A DNA stretch of 64,000 nt, from positions 15,556 to 79,555 of the forward strand of contig JAFDYG010000465.1 in the NCBI GenBank assembly GCA_018267545.1, in the 5' to 3' direction. Below, piece by piece: positions 18,758 through 28,224 of this stretch. The stretch's first letter is position 1; each line of letters opens with the position of its first letter. The DNA comes from Bacteroidota bacterium. Lineage in GTDB: Bacteria; Bacteroidota; Bacteroidia; Chitinophagales; Chitinophagaceae. The translations under genes and the position numbers were made by a program. A model generated the notes under the pieces. That model searched no databases. It saw only the letters and a program-made list of their open reading frames with translations, and was not told the origin of the DNA.

Positions 18758-21700
18758 TTAGTTTTTGGATTGTGTTTGGGGGGATTTGGCTTGTGGGAGT
18801 TTTAGAATCTCCGCAACCTTTTGCTTGAGCTCATTGGCATCGTTCGTTACCAGGACGGCACGTCGTCCTTCAGCCGTAGTTTTTACGCGAGCCACCTGAG
18901 GAGTATAGAAGATCAGCGGTGTTTTAGCAGAAGTAGCCAGCTTGTCGGCTTCCAGACCGCCATTCGGGTCTTTGCTCTGAGCTACATTCGAAATGATCAA
19001 ATCAAATTTCCTGGTAGTCATAATTGAAGCAGCATCCTGATAATCGCTAACTGTAGTTACATAAACTCCCCTCGAAGAAAATTCTGCTGCAATATTGTAT
19101 TTAGTGCCGTAAGGCCCTCCCCCGACGCTATCATCTATCCACAATAAAGATGGCATTTTAGTTAACCTTGAAAAGACCGGGATAGTGGAGCGCATATATT
19201 TCCTCAAATCGGTCAGCGTAGAGGGTTCCTTTTTTAAGCATACCCCATATTTGCCTCTCGGGCCGTCAGTTATGATAATGGTTCCAAATCCATCATTCTG
19301 ATAGACCCTAACCGAATCAAAACTTACCCAGGTTAAAGGTGTACTTCCATCGGGATAATTCCTTCCATACCCATTGTCAGTTTCTTCGATCCATTTCATA
19401 AAACCCCTACCAATAAATACCTTCTCCTTTCGATTTGCAAAACCCCAGTATCCATAATCGGACGAGATAGTGTTGATTCTGCGAAGTTTATTGTCATCGA
19501 CAGGTAATATGGGGTTGTATGCACCCGCCAAAGGACCATCGCGAATCGTGACATCGGCTCCATTGCCATTATCCAGTTCGACATACAAGCTATCCACAGC
19601 GGAAGAACTCTTGACGCTGCGATTTCGATAAAGAATAAATGCTATGATTTCCTCCGTAAGATCCTCACGGATAGGTATTTCTGACACAACCGGGTTCCCC
19701 TGTACTACAATTCGGTTACTGTCGAATCGTATCGCCTGGGTCATGTTGGCATTATAATATGGAATTCCGACCTCAACCTGGGTCAGGAATTTTCGATATG
19801 TCGCGCCGGGATCCTTCTTTGTGGATGGTTCTTCTTTCCGTGGCTCGAAATATCCATTACTACGAGAAAAAGGCCCCACATTTATAGAAGCGGCCACAAC
19901 AGTAGACGCGACCTCTATTTGCGCCTCGTCTAAATCTTTTTTCGAGACCTGAGGCAGATCCCGATCGAGAGGGTAAAGGAAACTATTGTATGTGTAATGA
20001 AGGATATACGATGAAGATGGATAATCTGCTTTATACTTCAATAGCTTAGCCTTCTGCGACCTATCCAGACGGGCACCTAAATAACCGGGAAGGAAAATGG
20101 CCAGCCCCGAATCCCTATAATAATGCGTCATCCGATTAAACTTATCACAATAACTCGTATCCATCCTCCGGACGTCGGCAACATTGAGATAATAATCCTG
20201 ACAGACAGAAAAATCGAATGCACTATCCGTAACATTCTTTATAAAGAAAGGCTTATGCCCCTTCGATGTGTCATCCCTTTCACGGCAAATAACCTTAAAA
20301 CTATTACTTCCCATCCCGCAGATAGATTCAATCCGAAACGTTGTATACTGCCTGGGATTATTGATGGAATAATAGATCAGTCTTGCCCTCAAATCGATCG
20401 TAAGCAGTCGATTGCTCGTACCCCCATGCCAGATCTCGTTCAACTGCGGCGGCAGGCTGGCACTTTTTAGCGGGCAGAGATTCACAATAGGCGGCGGCAC
20501 ACTCGCACCTGTCGGACAATTCCGCCTTACCTGGATCGAAACCAACGAGTTAGTAATCTGAATCAACGTATCCGCAGTCAGCGTTCCTTCTTTGGCGTCA
20601 CTATTCAGGCGTAAATGCACGGTTTTAGAGAGGAGACTAAGCGGATAGGGCAGAATGGCTTTCCCATTCTCAAAACGATTGATCGAAGCATAATCTTCCG
20701 CACTTATCTCCATCTTGACATTCCCTTCCCGAATCGCGCTATCCACCCGGCAGGTATCCGAGATCTGCAGGCGAAACTCGATATTCCGCGTCGTACTATC
20801 GTTACGACTCACCAGGTGCAGAGAGCGACCAAACTTATTATCAAAAACCACCTTATTAAACAAACCCAACACCAAACTGACCGCCAGGACTATCGACACC
20901 CTATAATAAGGAAGGCGCCTGTTTTTCCGGGCCTGCGCTTTTACTGCTCCATCGGCAAGTCCGAAGTATTCCCCTACACTCACATTCTCCCCATTGAATT
21001 GGATCGGAGTCTCGTATAGATCTCCTTTCTGCTTATCCAGATAGCGCCTTAACGGACCATCGAATATTTTTTGATTCTCCCACCGGTGTTTGAAGAGGAC
21101 GTAAGAGTCCTTATATTTTTCTTCCCTTCCGTTTGCAAAGAGGATAAATTCATTGGTCATTCGCTGGTGCTCCAGCTCGCTACGGAAGAAGTGGTCTTCG
21201 CCATAGCTAAGGTCCGCATATTGCAGTACCTCCAGGATGGTAGTACGAGCAACCAACTCGTTGGCAACGGTCAGGTGTTTGAGCATCTCCAGACGAATTC
21301 CCTCGGGCCAAACGCCCTCTTGCATCCATTGGATTCTCACCAGCCTTAACAGATTCGTATAGTTCAGCTTCTCCGGGTGCCCAACCCCGGTGAGCAGCGC
21401 CCGGCCCACTTCTACCAGCATCTCCCATTTGATCTTAGGATAGATGGCAACAGCGCAGACCCATTGAAGCAGGTCCTCATCACCGCCAAGATAGTCCTTC
21501 AGTTCGTCGAAGTCGGTAAAGTCATAGTAGCCGGCCTCGTACCAGTCACCTTGCTTTTTGAGAAACCCCTCCTGTCCCTGTTGTCTTTCCTTTATAGCCT
21601 TGATCAATTGCAATTGCCCCTGTATATCGGCGGGCAATAGAATAAAGTTTTCCTGCAACACCTTTTCCCGCCAGTCCCAGTCGGGCCAAGGTTTGGGCGT

Positions 21701-23359
21701 AAGGATCGCCATATTTTCCCACTCCTTCAAAAAACTCGTCAGCTCGGAATCGACCGAAGGGATGGAAGGATGGACCAACTGCGACGCCGTACCGAAGATG
21801 ATCAGTGTGCTAGACCGGTACAGTTCCTGTAAACGAACTAGCGGGATCCCCAACGGATAGTCGCTATTATAAAAATTATCCCAGGTCCGGTAGTGAAACA
21901 GGGTGATACGAATATTCTCATCCTCCAGCAACCGCGCCAGGTAGTTGAAGAGCTGTAACTGCTGACTTTTGACGTTTGTGGCGTCGATGAGAATCAGGAA
22001 TTCTTCCTGTCTCATCCTGCTGGTAAAGACCAGGCCAGGAGCGCCCCCCGAGTGGATGATCTTGCGGATGCTCCGTGGTATGCTAAGAAGCATACTTTCG
22101 TCTTCGACCCTGGTACGCATGGATCGAAACAAGGGTCCCATCTCGTTCTCCCGCGCTACAAGCTGTACGTCGTGGTTCTCCATAGGAACTTCATGGGGGC
22201 CAGCATCTGGACGCGCCCGCGGCTTGTCTGCCTTATCTATCAGCGCCTGCTCCGCACGGATGACCGCTTTCTTTTGGGCGCGTCTGTCCCGGATGAGGGC
22301 ATAGGCAAAGGCCAACGCCGGAACCAGTAGGAGCAGCCACCATAGCCAGGCGGCCAGGCGATAGGGATCGGCGGTAAGCGGGGAGCCTTTTTGCTCCACG
22401 CTAATACCTAGGCTGCCCTGATTGGCGGCCGTGACGTCATAGTTAACGGATTGGCTCTGCCGCCAGGAGCTGTCGCCGCACGCCGGCCAATAGTAGTAGG
22501 TAAAAGTATAGGACCCCGCTGTGTCAAGCCGGTAGGAAAAACTCTCGCCGAGGTTGGACAACGGCTTGCCGTTTAAACGCCATTCCCATTTCCTTCCTTT
22601 TGATTTGGATGTATCTCCTCTGAAGATGGGCGCAAGCTCGACGCGCTGACCTGCGGTCGTAATTCCCATGCTCTGGTTTATATTAATGAGATATGTCGAA
22701 CAGATCAGGACCTTCGCTGTATCGAGGTAGGTCTTACTTCCCGACTCTACCCTAAGCATCGCCACGTGTTCGCCTATCTCCTTCATCGACTGGCGAATCG
22801 AGTCCGAGCCTGCTGGCTTATTATCGAAATACCACCGAATCTGCTCTTTTGGCGTATCGACGTTTAGGGCCTCCATTAGAATCGTATCTCCCGGAATAGC
22901 GTATATATGCTGGATCGAGTCGCTGGTCGTCGTGCTCCAAACCCCGCCTTCGGCTAACACTGAAGCCCTGATCTGGGGGTCCTCCCTGAATGAGATGGGT
23001 GTAGGTGGAGGCGACCAAAGGAAATACCATACACCCGCTGCCACCATCAAAGGCGCCAGCACAAATAACAACCATCGGTAACGCTTGGGCAAACCCCTCC
23101 GTCCCTTCCCTTCGGCTTCCTGCGCCTGTAGCTCCGCGATATAACTGTCGAAGATCTCATAGAACCTTTTCTGCTCCTCTTCGCTCGTCACCACCAGCGG
23201 GCAAAGCAAATACTTCAACCGCAATGGGTCGCCTTCTTTGTTCCCCTCCACGATCTGGAGCAGCCGGACATAATCGGCGGGCTTTAGCTGAAAGCCTCCT
23301 TGCTGAAGCATGTCGACCAACCTCGCAAAGGGAACCGGTATTTTGACAGGGGGTGTCAC
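18758..23359 (-). CDS. 1533-aa three-TM giant protein with a vWA-like cytoplasmic segment (partner of MoxR)
   Basis: It has a GTG start overlapping the MoxR stop (GTGA). There are three hydrophobic segments (LLFVLAPLMVAAGVWYFLW; LAAWLWWLLLLVPALAFAYALI; VSIVLAVSLVLGLFNKVVF). Ig/PKD-like repeats lie between TM1 and TM2. After TM2 there is a vWA-like beta-alpha pattern, EEFLILIDATNVKS...IRITLFHY...LIIFGTASQL. The C-terminal ~130 aa are receiver-like (LLWIDDS...FDLIISN). Confidence 0.65.
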   Translation of the reverse strand: MTPPVKIPVPFARLVDMLQQGGFQLKPADYVRLLQIVEGNKEGDPLRLKYLLCPLVVTSEEEQKRFYEIFDSYIAELQAQEAEGKGRRGLPKRYRWLLFVLAPLMVAAGVWYFLWSPPPTPISFREDPQIRASVLAEGGVWSTTTSDSIQHIYAIPGDTILMEALNVDTPKEQIRWYFDNKPAGSDSIRQSMKEIGEHVAMLRVESGSKTYLDTAKVLICSTYLININQSMGITTAGQRVELAPIFRGDTSKSKGRKWEWRLNGKPLSNLGESFSYRLDTAGSYTFTYYYWPACGDSSWRQSQSVNYDVTAANQGSLGISVEQKGSPLTADPYRLAAWLWWLLLLVPALAFAYALIRDRRAQKKAVIRAEQALIDKADKPRARPDAGPHEVPMENHDVQLVARENEMGPLFRSMRTRVEDESMLLSIPRSIRKIIHSGGAPGLVFTSRMRQEEFLILIDATNVKSQQLQLFNYLARLLEDENIRITLFHYRTWDNFYNSDYPLGIPLVRLQELYRSSTLIIFGTASQLVHPSIPSVDSELTSFLKEWENMAILTPKPWPDWDWREKVLQENFILLPADIQGQLQLIKAIKERQQGQEGFLKKQGDWYEAGYYDFTDFDELKDYLGGDEDLLQWVCAVAIYPKIKWEMLVEVGRALLTGVGHPEKLNYTNLLRLVRIQWMQEGVWPEGIRLEMLKHLTVANELVARTTILEVLQYADLSYGEDHFFRSELEHQRMTNEFILFANGREEKYKDSYVLFKHRWENQKIFDGPLRRYLDKQKGDLYETPIQFNGENVSVGEYFGLADGAVKAQARKNRRLPYYRVSIVLAVSLVLGLFNKVVFDNKFGRSLHLVSRNDSTTRNIEFRLQISDTCRVDSAIREGNVKMEISAEDYASINRFENGKAILPYPLSLLSKTVHLRLNSDAKEGTLTADTLIQITNSLVSIQVRRNCPTGASVPPPIVNLCPLKSASLPPQLNEIWHGGTSNRLLTIDLRARLIYYSINNPRQYTTFRIESICGMGSNSFKVICRERDDTSKGHKPFFIKNVTDSAFDFSVCQDYYLNVADVRRMDTSYCDKFNRMTHYYRDSGLAIFLPGYLGARLDRSQKAKLLKYKADYPSSSYILHYTYNSFLYPLDRDLPQVSKKDLDEAQIEVASTVVAASINVGPFSRSNGYFEPRKEEPSTKKDPGATYRKFLTQVEVGIPYYNANMTQAIRFDSNRIVVQGNPVVSEIPIREDLTEEIIAFILYRNRSVKSSSAVDSLYVELDNGNGADVTIRDGPLAGAYNPILPVDDNKLRRINTISSDYGYWGFANRKEKVFIGRGFMKWIEETDNGYGRNYPDGSTPLTWVSFDSVRVYQNDGFGTIIITDGPRGKYGVCLKKEPSTLTDLRKYMRSTIPVFSRLTKMPSLLWIDDSVGGGPYGTKYNIAAEFSSRGVYVTTVSDYQDAASIMTTRKFDLIISNVAQSKDPNGGLEADKLATSAKTPLIFYTPQVARVKTTAEGRRAVLVTNDANELKQKVAEILKLPQAKSPQTQSKN

Positions 23360-24321
23360 GCTCTATCCAGGTCCTCCCGGTTTTTAAACAGAGTGTTGAG
23401 GCTCGAGCGATACAGCTGCCGCCGCGCTTCCTCTTCTTTGCGAGTATATTCACCGAGTGGACTATCCTTAAGCAGACCGTATTTCTCCAGGATCATTACC
23501 CAGTCCAGGAATTCGGACGTGGCGGGTTTTTTATTGACGGCCTTCTCCCTGTATTTGATAAATTTTTGGATCGCCTCACCAAGCTGCTGCTCCCGGGCGG
23601 GGTCGCCGACGGACATGCGGGCCGCAGCGATCTGCATCAGCTTATCCGGGCCGGGAAAGGGAATATGATAGAAGACACAGCGGCGAAGGAAGGCATTCGG
23701 CAGGGTCTTCTCTGAGTTGCTGGTCATGATGACTACGATTCGCGCGTCTTTGCCCATTTTGATCTCCTTGTTCAATTCCTTTATACCGAACTTATAGTTT
23801 TCGATTTCATTGAGCAGGTCATTGGGGAAATCGCGGGGAGCCTTATCGATCTCATCGATCAGGACCACGCTGCTTTGCGGCTTTTCATTCAATTCCTGAA
23901 ACTGCCGCAGTCCCGACAGGGCCTGCATGTCCGGACTCGACGTTCCGTGTGAACGGCCGATGGCAAGGCCCATCGCATTGAGCTCGATGAAATTCTCCGT
24001 CGGCTTTGGGCCCTGCGCCTGAAAGTGTCTTACTGCGTCATAATAATAAAACAGGTCGGTAGCGGAAGAACCCGACTTGGTGTTGAAGACGACCGGGTCG
24101 GCGTGGAATGGTACAGGGTCGCCCTGCGTCTGCTCGTGCAGGCGCGCAGCAACCCAACTAGCCAGCTGCGTCTTGCCCGTACCCGGCTCACCGCTGACGA
24201 CGAGGGGTTTGTTCAGCGCAATGGCGATTTCCACCGCCTGGATCAGGGCTTCGTCGGCTACGTATCCCATAGGATCCGTGTTAAGAGGAATTGCCGTGAT
24301 CTCTATTTTTCTGTTACTCAT
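23356..24321 (-). CDS. MoxR-class AAA+ ATPase
   Basis: The 321-aa ORF has Walker A GEPGTGKT (24169..24192), Walker B VVLIDEIDKA, and sensor/Arg-finger region LPNAFLRRC. It is single-AAA+ size, typical of MoxR/AAA_3-AAA_5. Confidence 0.85.
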   Translation of the reverse strand: MSNRKIEITAIPLNTDPMGYVADEALIQAVEIAIALNKPLVVSGEPGTGKTQLASWVAARLHEQTQGDPVPFHADPVVFNTKSGSSATDLFYYYDAVRHFQAQGPKPTENFIELNAMGLAIGRSHGTSSPDMQALSGLRQFQELNEKPQSSVVLIDEIDKAPRDFPNDLLNEIENYKFGIKELNKEIKMGKDARIVVIMTSNSEKTLPNAFLRRCVFYHIPFPGPDKLMQIAAARMSVGDPAREQQLGEAIQKFIKYREKAVNKKPATSEFLDWVMILEKYGLLKDSPLGEYTRKEEEARRQLYRSSLNTLFKNREDLDRA

Positions 24322-24325
24322 ATTG

Positions 24326-25576
24326 CTAAACTTGTTGTTTTTTGATGTATTGATAGAACTGCCGGATTTGACGTTCGGCCGGCTTCATCCTAAATCGTCC
24401 TTGTAGACCGGCAAAGTGTTCATCGAGGAGGTCTTCCTTTTCCCCTTCGTCCGCGGTGACGTATTTTCTGATCCAGCTTTCGAGCTCGGATTTCTCCGCC
24501 ATTTTAAAGCGGCTTAGAAAAACCAGCCAGGGCGGCGTGGAGCCGAAATGAGCTTTTATCGATTGAATGCCGGGTGGATCACCCCTTTCTATGTCCTGGT
24601 GGTCGTCTACAACATGAAGGAAGAAACGGATGGGATGGCCGTCGCCTGCATTTAATGCGGCAAAGATCGCGGCAAGTGTTTCTATTTTTTCTTTTACGAG
24701 GTGACTCTCGTGACAGCTGAACTTTATGACGGTGTACTCCAACGTATCGCCCTTTTTTGTCTCGAATTCTCTTAACTGCCGAAGAAAACTGTCGCGACTT
24801 CGCAAAGAGTCCCCCTCTTCATCGAAGAACTCGTTGAATGCACAGGTAAATACGTCTTCTTCTCTGATAAAAAGTGAAAAGATCGCACACCGATTGATAA
24901 AATTCTCTCCGAGGTCTTCCGGTACTCCGTTGCTGACAAAGACCTGGAAGCGAGGCAGACTGGAGTCGATCTTCCACTGCTCATAGCTGGCATACTGGGG
25001 AACGCGGTCGAAGCAATATTTCAATCGTTCGTCCAGCTTCTTCTCCTTTGCAGGCAGTTGGCCATTGAGCCAGGCAATCATCGCCGCAGAGACGCGGTCG
25101 CTAAGCCCCTTGATGGTGGCAAAGGGACTCGAAGGTTGAGCAACGGCATTGGCCCGGTCGCGGAAGGTGTTAAGCTTCTCCTGTTTCTGGGCCCGGGTCC
25201 AGACGCCATCGGTTTCGGCATCAAGCGGGAAGACATCTGTCTGGGAAGGATCGACTGAAAAAGACAGAATGGTCGTCTTGCCTGCCATCTTCGATCGAAG
25301 GGCAGCCTCGAATTCCAGTTCGGTAATGGACCGGTTATTAGGATTGACGCCAGGGTCGTTAGGGATCCAACCATAACGATTCCCAAGCAGGAGAATATAT
25401 ATGTCACAGCCCGCTGCGTCATCGACGCAGCGTTGCACAGTAGACTTCTCCGAGGCCGTATAAGCCTCCATCGACATCAATGGATAGGTGTCGTTTAGTA
25501 GCCGAAAAAGATCGATCACCCCACTCCGGTACTCCTTCAGATCGTTAAAAGTGGAGGAGAGATAGACTTTCCTCAT
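24326..25576 (-). CDS. DUF4062-type (TIR / N-deoxyribosyltransferase-like) domain protein with an uncharacterised C-terminal half; first gene of the MoxR operon
   Basis: Its N-terminus, MRKVYLSSTFNDLKEYRSGV...CDIYILLLGNRYGWIP...SITELEFEAA, is near-identical in pattern to the N-terminus of the NACHT protein at 31789. I place the start at ATG 25576, so the 28 upstream codons in the ORF track are considered spurious. Confidence 0.7.
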   Translation of the reverse strand: MRKVYLSSTFNDLKEYRSGVIDLFRLLNDTYPLMSMEAYTASEKSTVQRCVDDAAGCDIYILLLGNRYGWIPNDPGVNPNNRSITELEFEAALRSKMAGKTTILSFSVDPSQTDVFPLDAETDGVWTRAQKQEKLNTFRDRANAVAQPSSPFATIKGLSDRVSAAMIAWLNGQLPAKEKKLDERLKYCFDRVPQYASYEQWKIDSSLPRFQVFVSNGVPEDLGENFINRCAIFSLFIREEDVFTCAFNEFFDEEGDSLRSRDSFLRQLREFETKKGDTLEYTVIKFSCHESHLVKEKIETLAAIFAALNAGDGHPIRFFLHVVDDHQDIERGDPPGIQSIKAHFGSTPPWLVFLSRFKMAEKSELESWIRKYVTADEGEKEDLLDEHFAGLQGRFRMKPAERQIRQFYQYIKKQQV

Positions 25577-25625
25577 AGCAATGGTTTGCAAAAACTTACC
25601 CGGAAAATACAAATAGAATCGCGAT

Positions 25626-25652
25626 AAAAAAAAGCCACCCGTAAAGGTGGCT
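25626..25652 (-). terminator. Rho-independent terminator after the DsbD-N-like gene, insulating the MoxR operon
   Basis: A 7-bp stem, agccacc (25633..25639) pairing with ggtggct (25646..25652), has a 6-nt loop. On the minus strand it is followed by a run of eight T (25626..25633). Confidence 0.7.
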
Positions 25653-25675
25653 CGTATCAATCAGGTAAAGAGGTG

Positions 25676-26128
25676 CTATTCGATGCTTACCGTAAAGGGC
25701 TCGGTCTGGGGAGTCAGACAACGTTCGTCCGTACAAGCCTGGTAGGTAATGTTCCCCTTGAGGGTCGTCTTGACGGGGGCCCTCATAGTAATCGTCTGGG
25801 CAAATTCTACCGTACCACCGTATTGGTACTGGATGATATCGGCTAGTTTGTCCTCATATTTCTCTTTCTTTCCATCCTCGGAGAGCTTGCCTTTCAAGGC
25901 AAATAAGGGACTTTGGAAGAAGGCTATTTTTGTCGGCTGCGCTATCGCTTCCTTGGGCTGATTCTGGCTGTAGATGTGCCAGCCTTCGTCGATTTGAGCC
26001 GTTATATGGATAGTGTAAGTCTTGTCGCCCGTCTTTTCCGCCTTGTAGGTCAGGTGGACTGGATTTTGTTGAGCAGAGGCGGAAACTGCCAGGAAAGTGC
26101 CGATAATCAGAGTTAGTATTTTTCCCAT
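25676..26128 (-). CDS. Secreted DsbD N-terminal-domain-like protein
   Basis: It has a signal peptide (LIIGTFLAVSASAQ) and the pattern KTGDKTYTIHITAQIDEGWHIYSQ, which is typical of DsbD-alpha-like domain proteins in Bacteroidota (from memory). Confidence 0.55.
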   Translation of the reverse strand: MGKILTLIIGTFLAVSASAQQNPVHLTYKAEKTGDKTYTIHITAQIDEGWHIYSQNQPKEAIAQPTKIAFFQSPLFALKGKLSEDGKKEKYEDKLADIIQYQYGGTVEFAQTITMRAPVKTTLKGNITYQACTDERCLTPQTEPFTVSIE

Positions 26129-26263
26129 ATAATGAAATTAAACTGCGTTCTCTACTTTTAACCGAAAAATCGCCCCCGGTAACCAAGCCGCCGCCGTTAT
26201 TTTTCATGAAATTTTGACACCAGGTTCCCTCAGGTCCTATCTTTGGTGCCCAAAACGTCAATC

Positions 26264-27628
26264 ATGCAAAACTGGCAAGACTACCAGAAACAACATAAAG
26301 ATCGCTTTCTCAATGAGTTACTAGAATTACTCCGTATCCCATCCATCAGCGCCCGCAGCGAGCACAAACCGGACATGCTAGCCTGTGCAGAAGTGGTAAA
26401 ACAGCGCCTCCTGGAGGCCGGAGTCGACAAAGCCGAAGTCTACCCTACCGACGGACATCCCGTCGTTTATGGCGAAAAGATCACGGATCCGTCGAAGCCT
26501 ACGGTCCTGGTTTATGGCCACTATGACGTACAACCCGCTGATCCTCTGGAGCTTTGGCACAGCGGTCCTTTCGAACCCGTCATCAAGGACGGCAAGATTT
26601 ACGCCCGCGGCAGCGCCGACGACAAGGGGCAGTTCTATATGCACGTCAAGGCGTTCGAGACCATGGTGCGGACCGGCAGCCTACCCACTAATGTGAAGTT
26701 TATCATCGAGGGTGAAGAAGAGATCGGCAGCCCCAATCTCGCCAGGTTCGTCACCAACAATAAAGCCTTGCTAAAGGCCGACGTCATCCTGATCAGTGAC
26801 ACGGCCATGCTTAGCCTCGACACCCCTTCTATCGACATCGGCGTCCGCGGCCTTTCCTATATAGAAGTAGAAGTCACGGGCCCCAACCGCGACCTGCACA
26901 GCGGCGTTTATGGCGGCGCGGTAGCCAATCCGATCACGATCCTCGCGAAGATGATCGCTTCCTGTCATGACGAGAACAATCATATCACCATCCCCGGCTT
27001 CTACGACGACGTAGTCGAAGCAACGCCGGCGGAGCGCGAACTGATGGCCAAGGCGCCTTATAACGAGAAGGAATACATGAAGGAGCTGGGTGTCACGTCG
27101 CTCTGGGGCGAGAAGGGCTACAGTACAAATGAGCGTACCGGTATCCGGCCAACGCTGGAGCTGAATGGAATTTGGGGAGGATACACCGGAGAGGGGTCAA
27201 AAACAGTCTTACCGTCAAAAGCTTTCGCAAAAATATCCGCTCGCCTCGTACCGAATCAAAAGGCCGGAGCCATTACGGAGAAGCTGCTCGCGTACTTTAC
27301 AAAGATCGCGCCTCCCGGTGTTACGGTCAAGGCGCAGGAGCACCATGGCGGCGAGCCCTATATGACGCCCATCGACAGCAAGGCCTACAAGGCGGCGGCG
27401 AAGGCCATCGAAGCCACGTTTCACAAAAGCCCCATCCCGGTTCGCGGCGGCGGAAGCATTCCGATCTGCTCGCTGTTCGAGAAAGAGCTAGGTATCAAGA
27501 TCGTGTTTATGGGCTTTGGACTGGACAGCGATAACCTGCACTCGCCAAACGAGAAGTTCGACGTAGTCAACTTTTACAAGGGTATCGAGACCATCCCGTA
27601 CTTTCATCAATTTTTCGCGGAAGCATAA
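26264..27628 (+). CDS. M20 family dipeptidase/metallopeptidase
   Basis: The motifs GHYDVQPAD, ARGSADDKGQ and IEGEEEIGS are present. The ATG at 26264 (MQNWQDYQ) is preferred over the TTG at 26243. Confidence 0.85.
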   Translation: MQNWQDYQKQHKDRFLNELLELLRIPSISARSEHKPDMLACAEVVKQRLLEAGVDKAEVYPTDGHPVVYGEKITDPSKPTVLVYGHYDVQPADPLELWHSGPFEPVIKDGKIYARGSADDKGQFYMHVKAFETMVRTGSLPTNVKFIIEGEEEIGSPNLARFVTNNKALLKADVILISDTAMLSLDTPSIDIGVRGLSYIEVEVTGPNRDLHSGVYGGAVANPITILAKMIASCHDENNHITIPGFYDDVVEATPAERELMAKAPYNEKEYMKELGVTSLWGEKGYSTNERTGIRPTLELNGIWGGYTGEGSKTVLPSKAFAKISARLVPNQKAGAITEKLLAYFTKIAPPGVTVKAQEHHGGEPYMTPIDSKAYKAAAKAIEATFHKSPIPVRGGGSIPICSLFEKELGIKIVFMGFGLDSDNLHSPNEKFDVVNFYKGIETIPYFHQFFAEA

Positions 27629-28158
27629 CGCGTATTAGCAGCCGCCTGGCCGCCAAATTTGGCGTTTAGCTTGCTGCCGATAGACACGAGGGCCGGGCTG
27701 AGCACACCCGTAATAAAGCTCTCCTTTAGGGACTCCTTATTGTTTTCCCAATAGGCGTTCGCTTCCTCCCGCGTAGCCATAAAGCTAGACCTGTACTTGC
27801 TCTGTCCGGTCCCATATACGGCGGAATAGACGAGCTGCTTCTGTGCGTCGTAGCACTTGGCGTCGCATCTCACGGTATAGAGCGCTTCTACGTAGTACAA
27901 GGTTTTGTGGGCCGTATCTTCCGTAACGAACTCCTTTACTCCTGATTCCTTGATAATCAAGCTGTCCGAGCTAAACTGAACGGTCAGAGAAGAGGCATTG
28001 GGAGATTTGGAAAAGCCGCGAATGACGAGGGCGCTTTCGATATTTTCCTTGGGGACGCTGTGGAGAACACTTGCTGGAGCGTTGATTTCCAAGGTGTAAG
28101 TTTGGGCAATGGCTGCATAGGGCATGACGCAGCAGGCCAGTTTTAATAGGGTTTTCAT
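27607..28158 (-). CDS. Secreted hypothetical protein (183 aa)
   Basis: It has a signal peptide (MKTLLKLACCVMPYAAIAQ). Its 3' end overlaps the convergent M20 gene by 22 nt. I recognise no motif. Confidence 0.45.
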   Translation of the reverse strand: MKTLLKLACCVMPYAAIAQTYTLEINAPASVLHSVPKENIESALVIRGFSKSPNASSLTVQFSSDSLIIKESGVKEFVTEDTAHKTLYYVEALYTVRCDAKCYDAQKQLVYSAVYGTGQSKYRSSFMATREEANAYWENNKESLKESFITGVLSPALVSIGSKLNAKFGGQAAANTRYASAKN

Positions 28159-28224
28159 TCCCTTATAACGCTTCCGGACGGGTCAAAAGTATGGGAAAAA
28201 GGCAGATTTATGCCGCCCGCAACC

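Noticed and set aside
18758-24321. The MoxR + vWA-like pair as the Bacteroidota BatA-E aerotolerance operon.
   Set aside because: The Bat operon (from memory) has a DUF58 protein, two small TM-vWA proteins with intact MIDAS, and TPR proteins. Here there is a single 1533-aa giant with a degenerate MIDAS, flanked by DUF4062 and patatin genes. I cannot exclude this fully without HMM searches.
25577-25660. A 28-codon N-terminal extension of the DUF4062 protein in the ORF track, and likewise 31790..31840 for the NACHT protein.
   Set aside because: Both proteins share the conserved opening M[RK][KR]VY[LI]SSTFNDLKE, which begins exactly at the internal ATGs (25576 and 31789). The extensions are not similar to each other and would run into promoter/terminator DNA.
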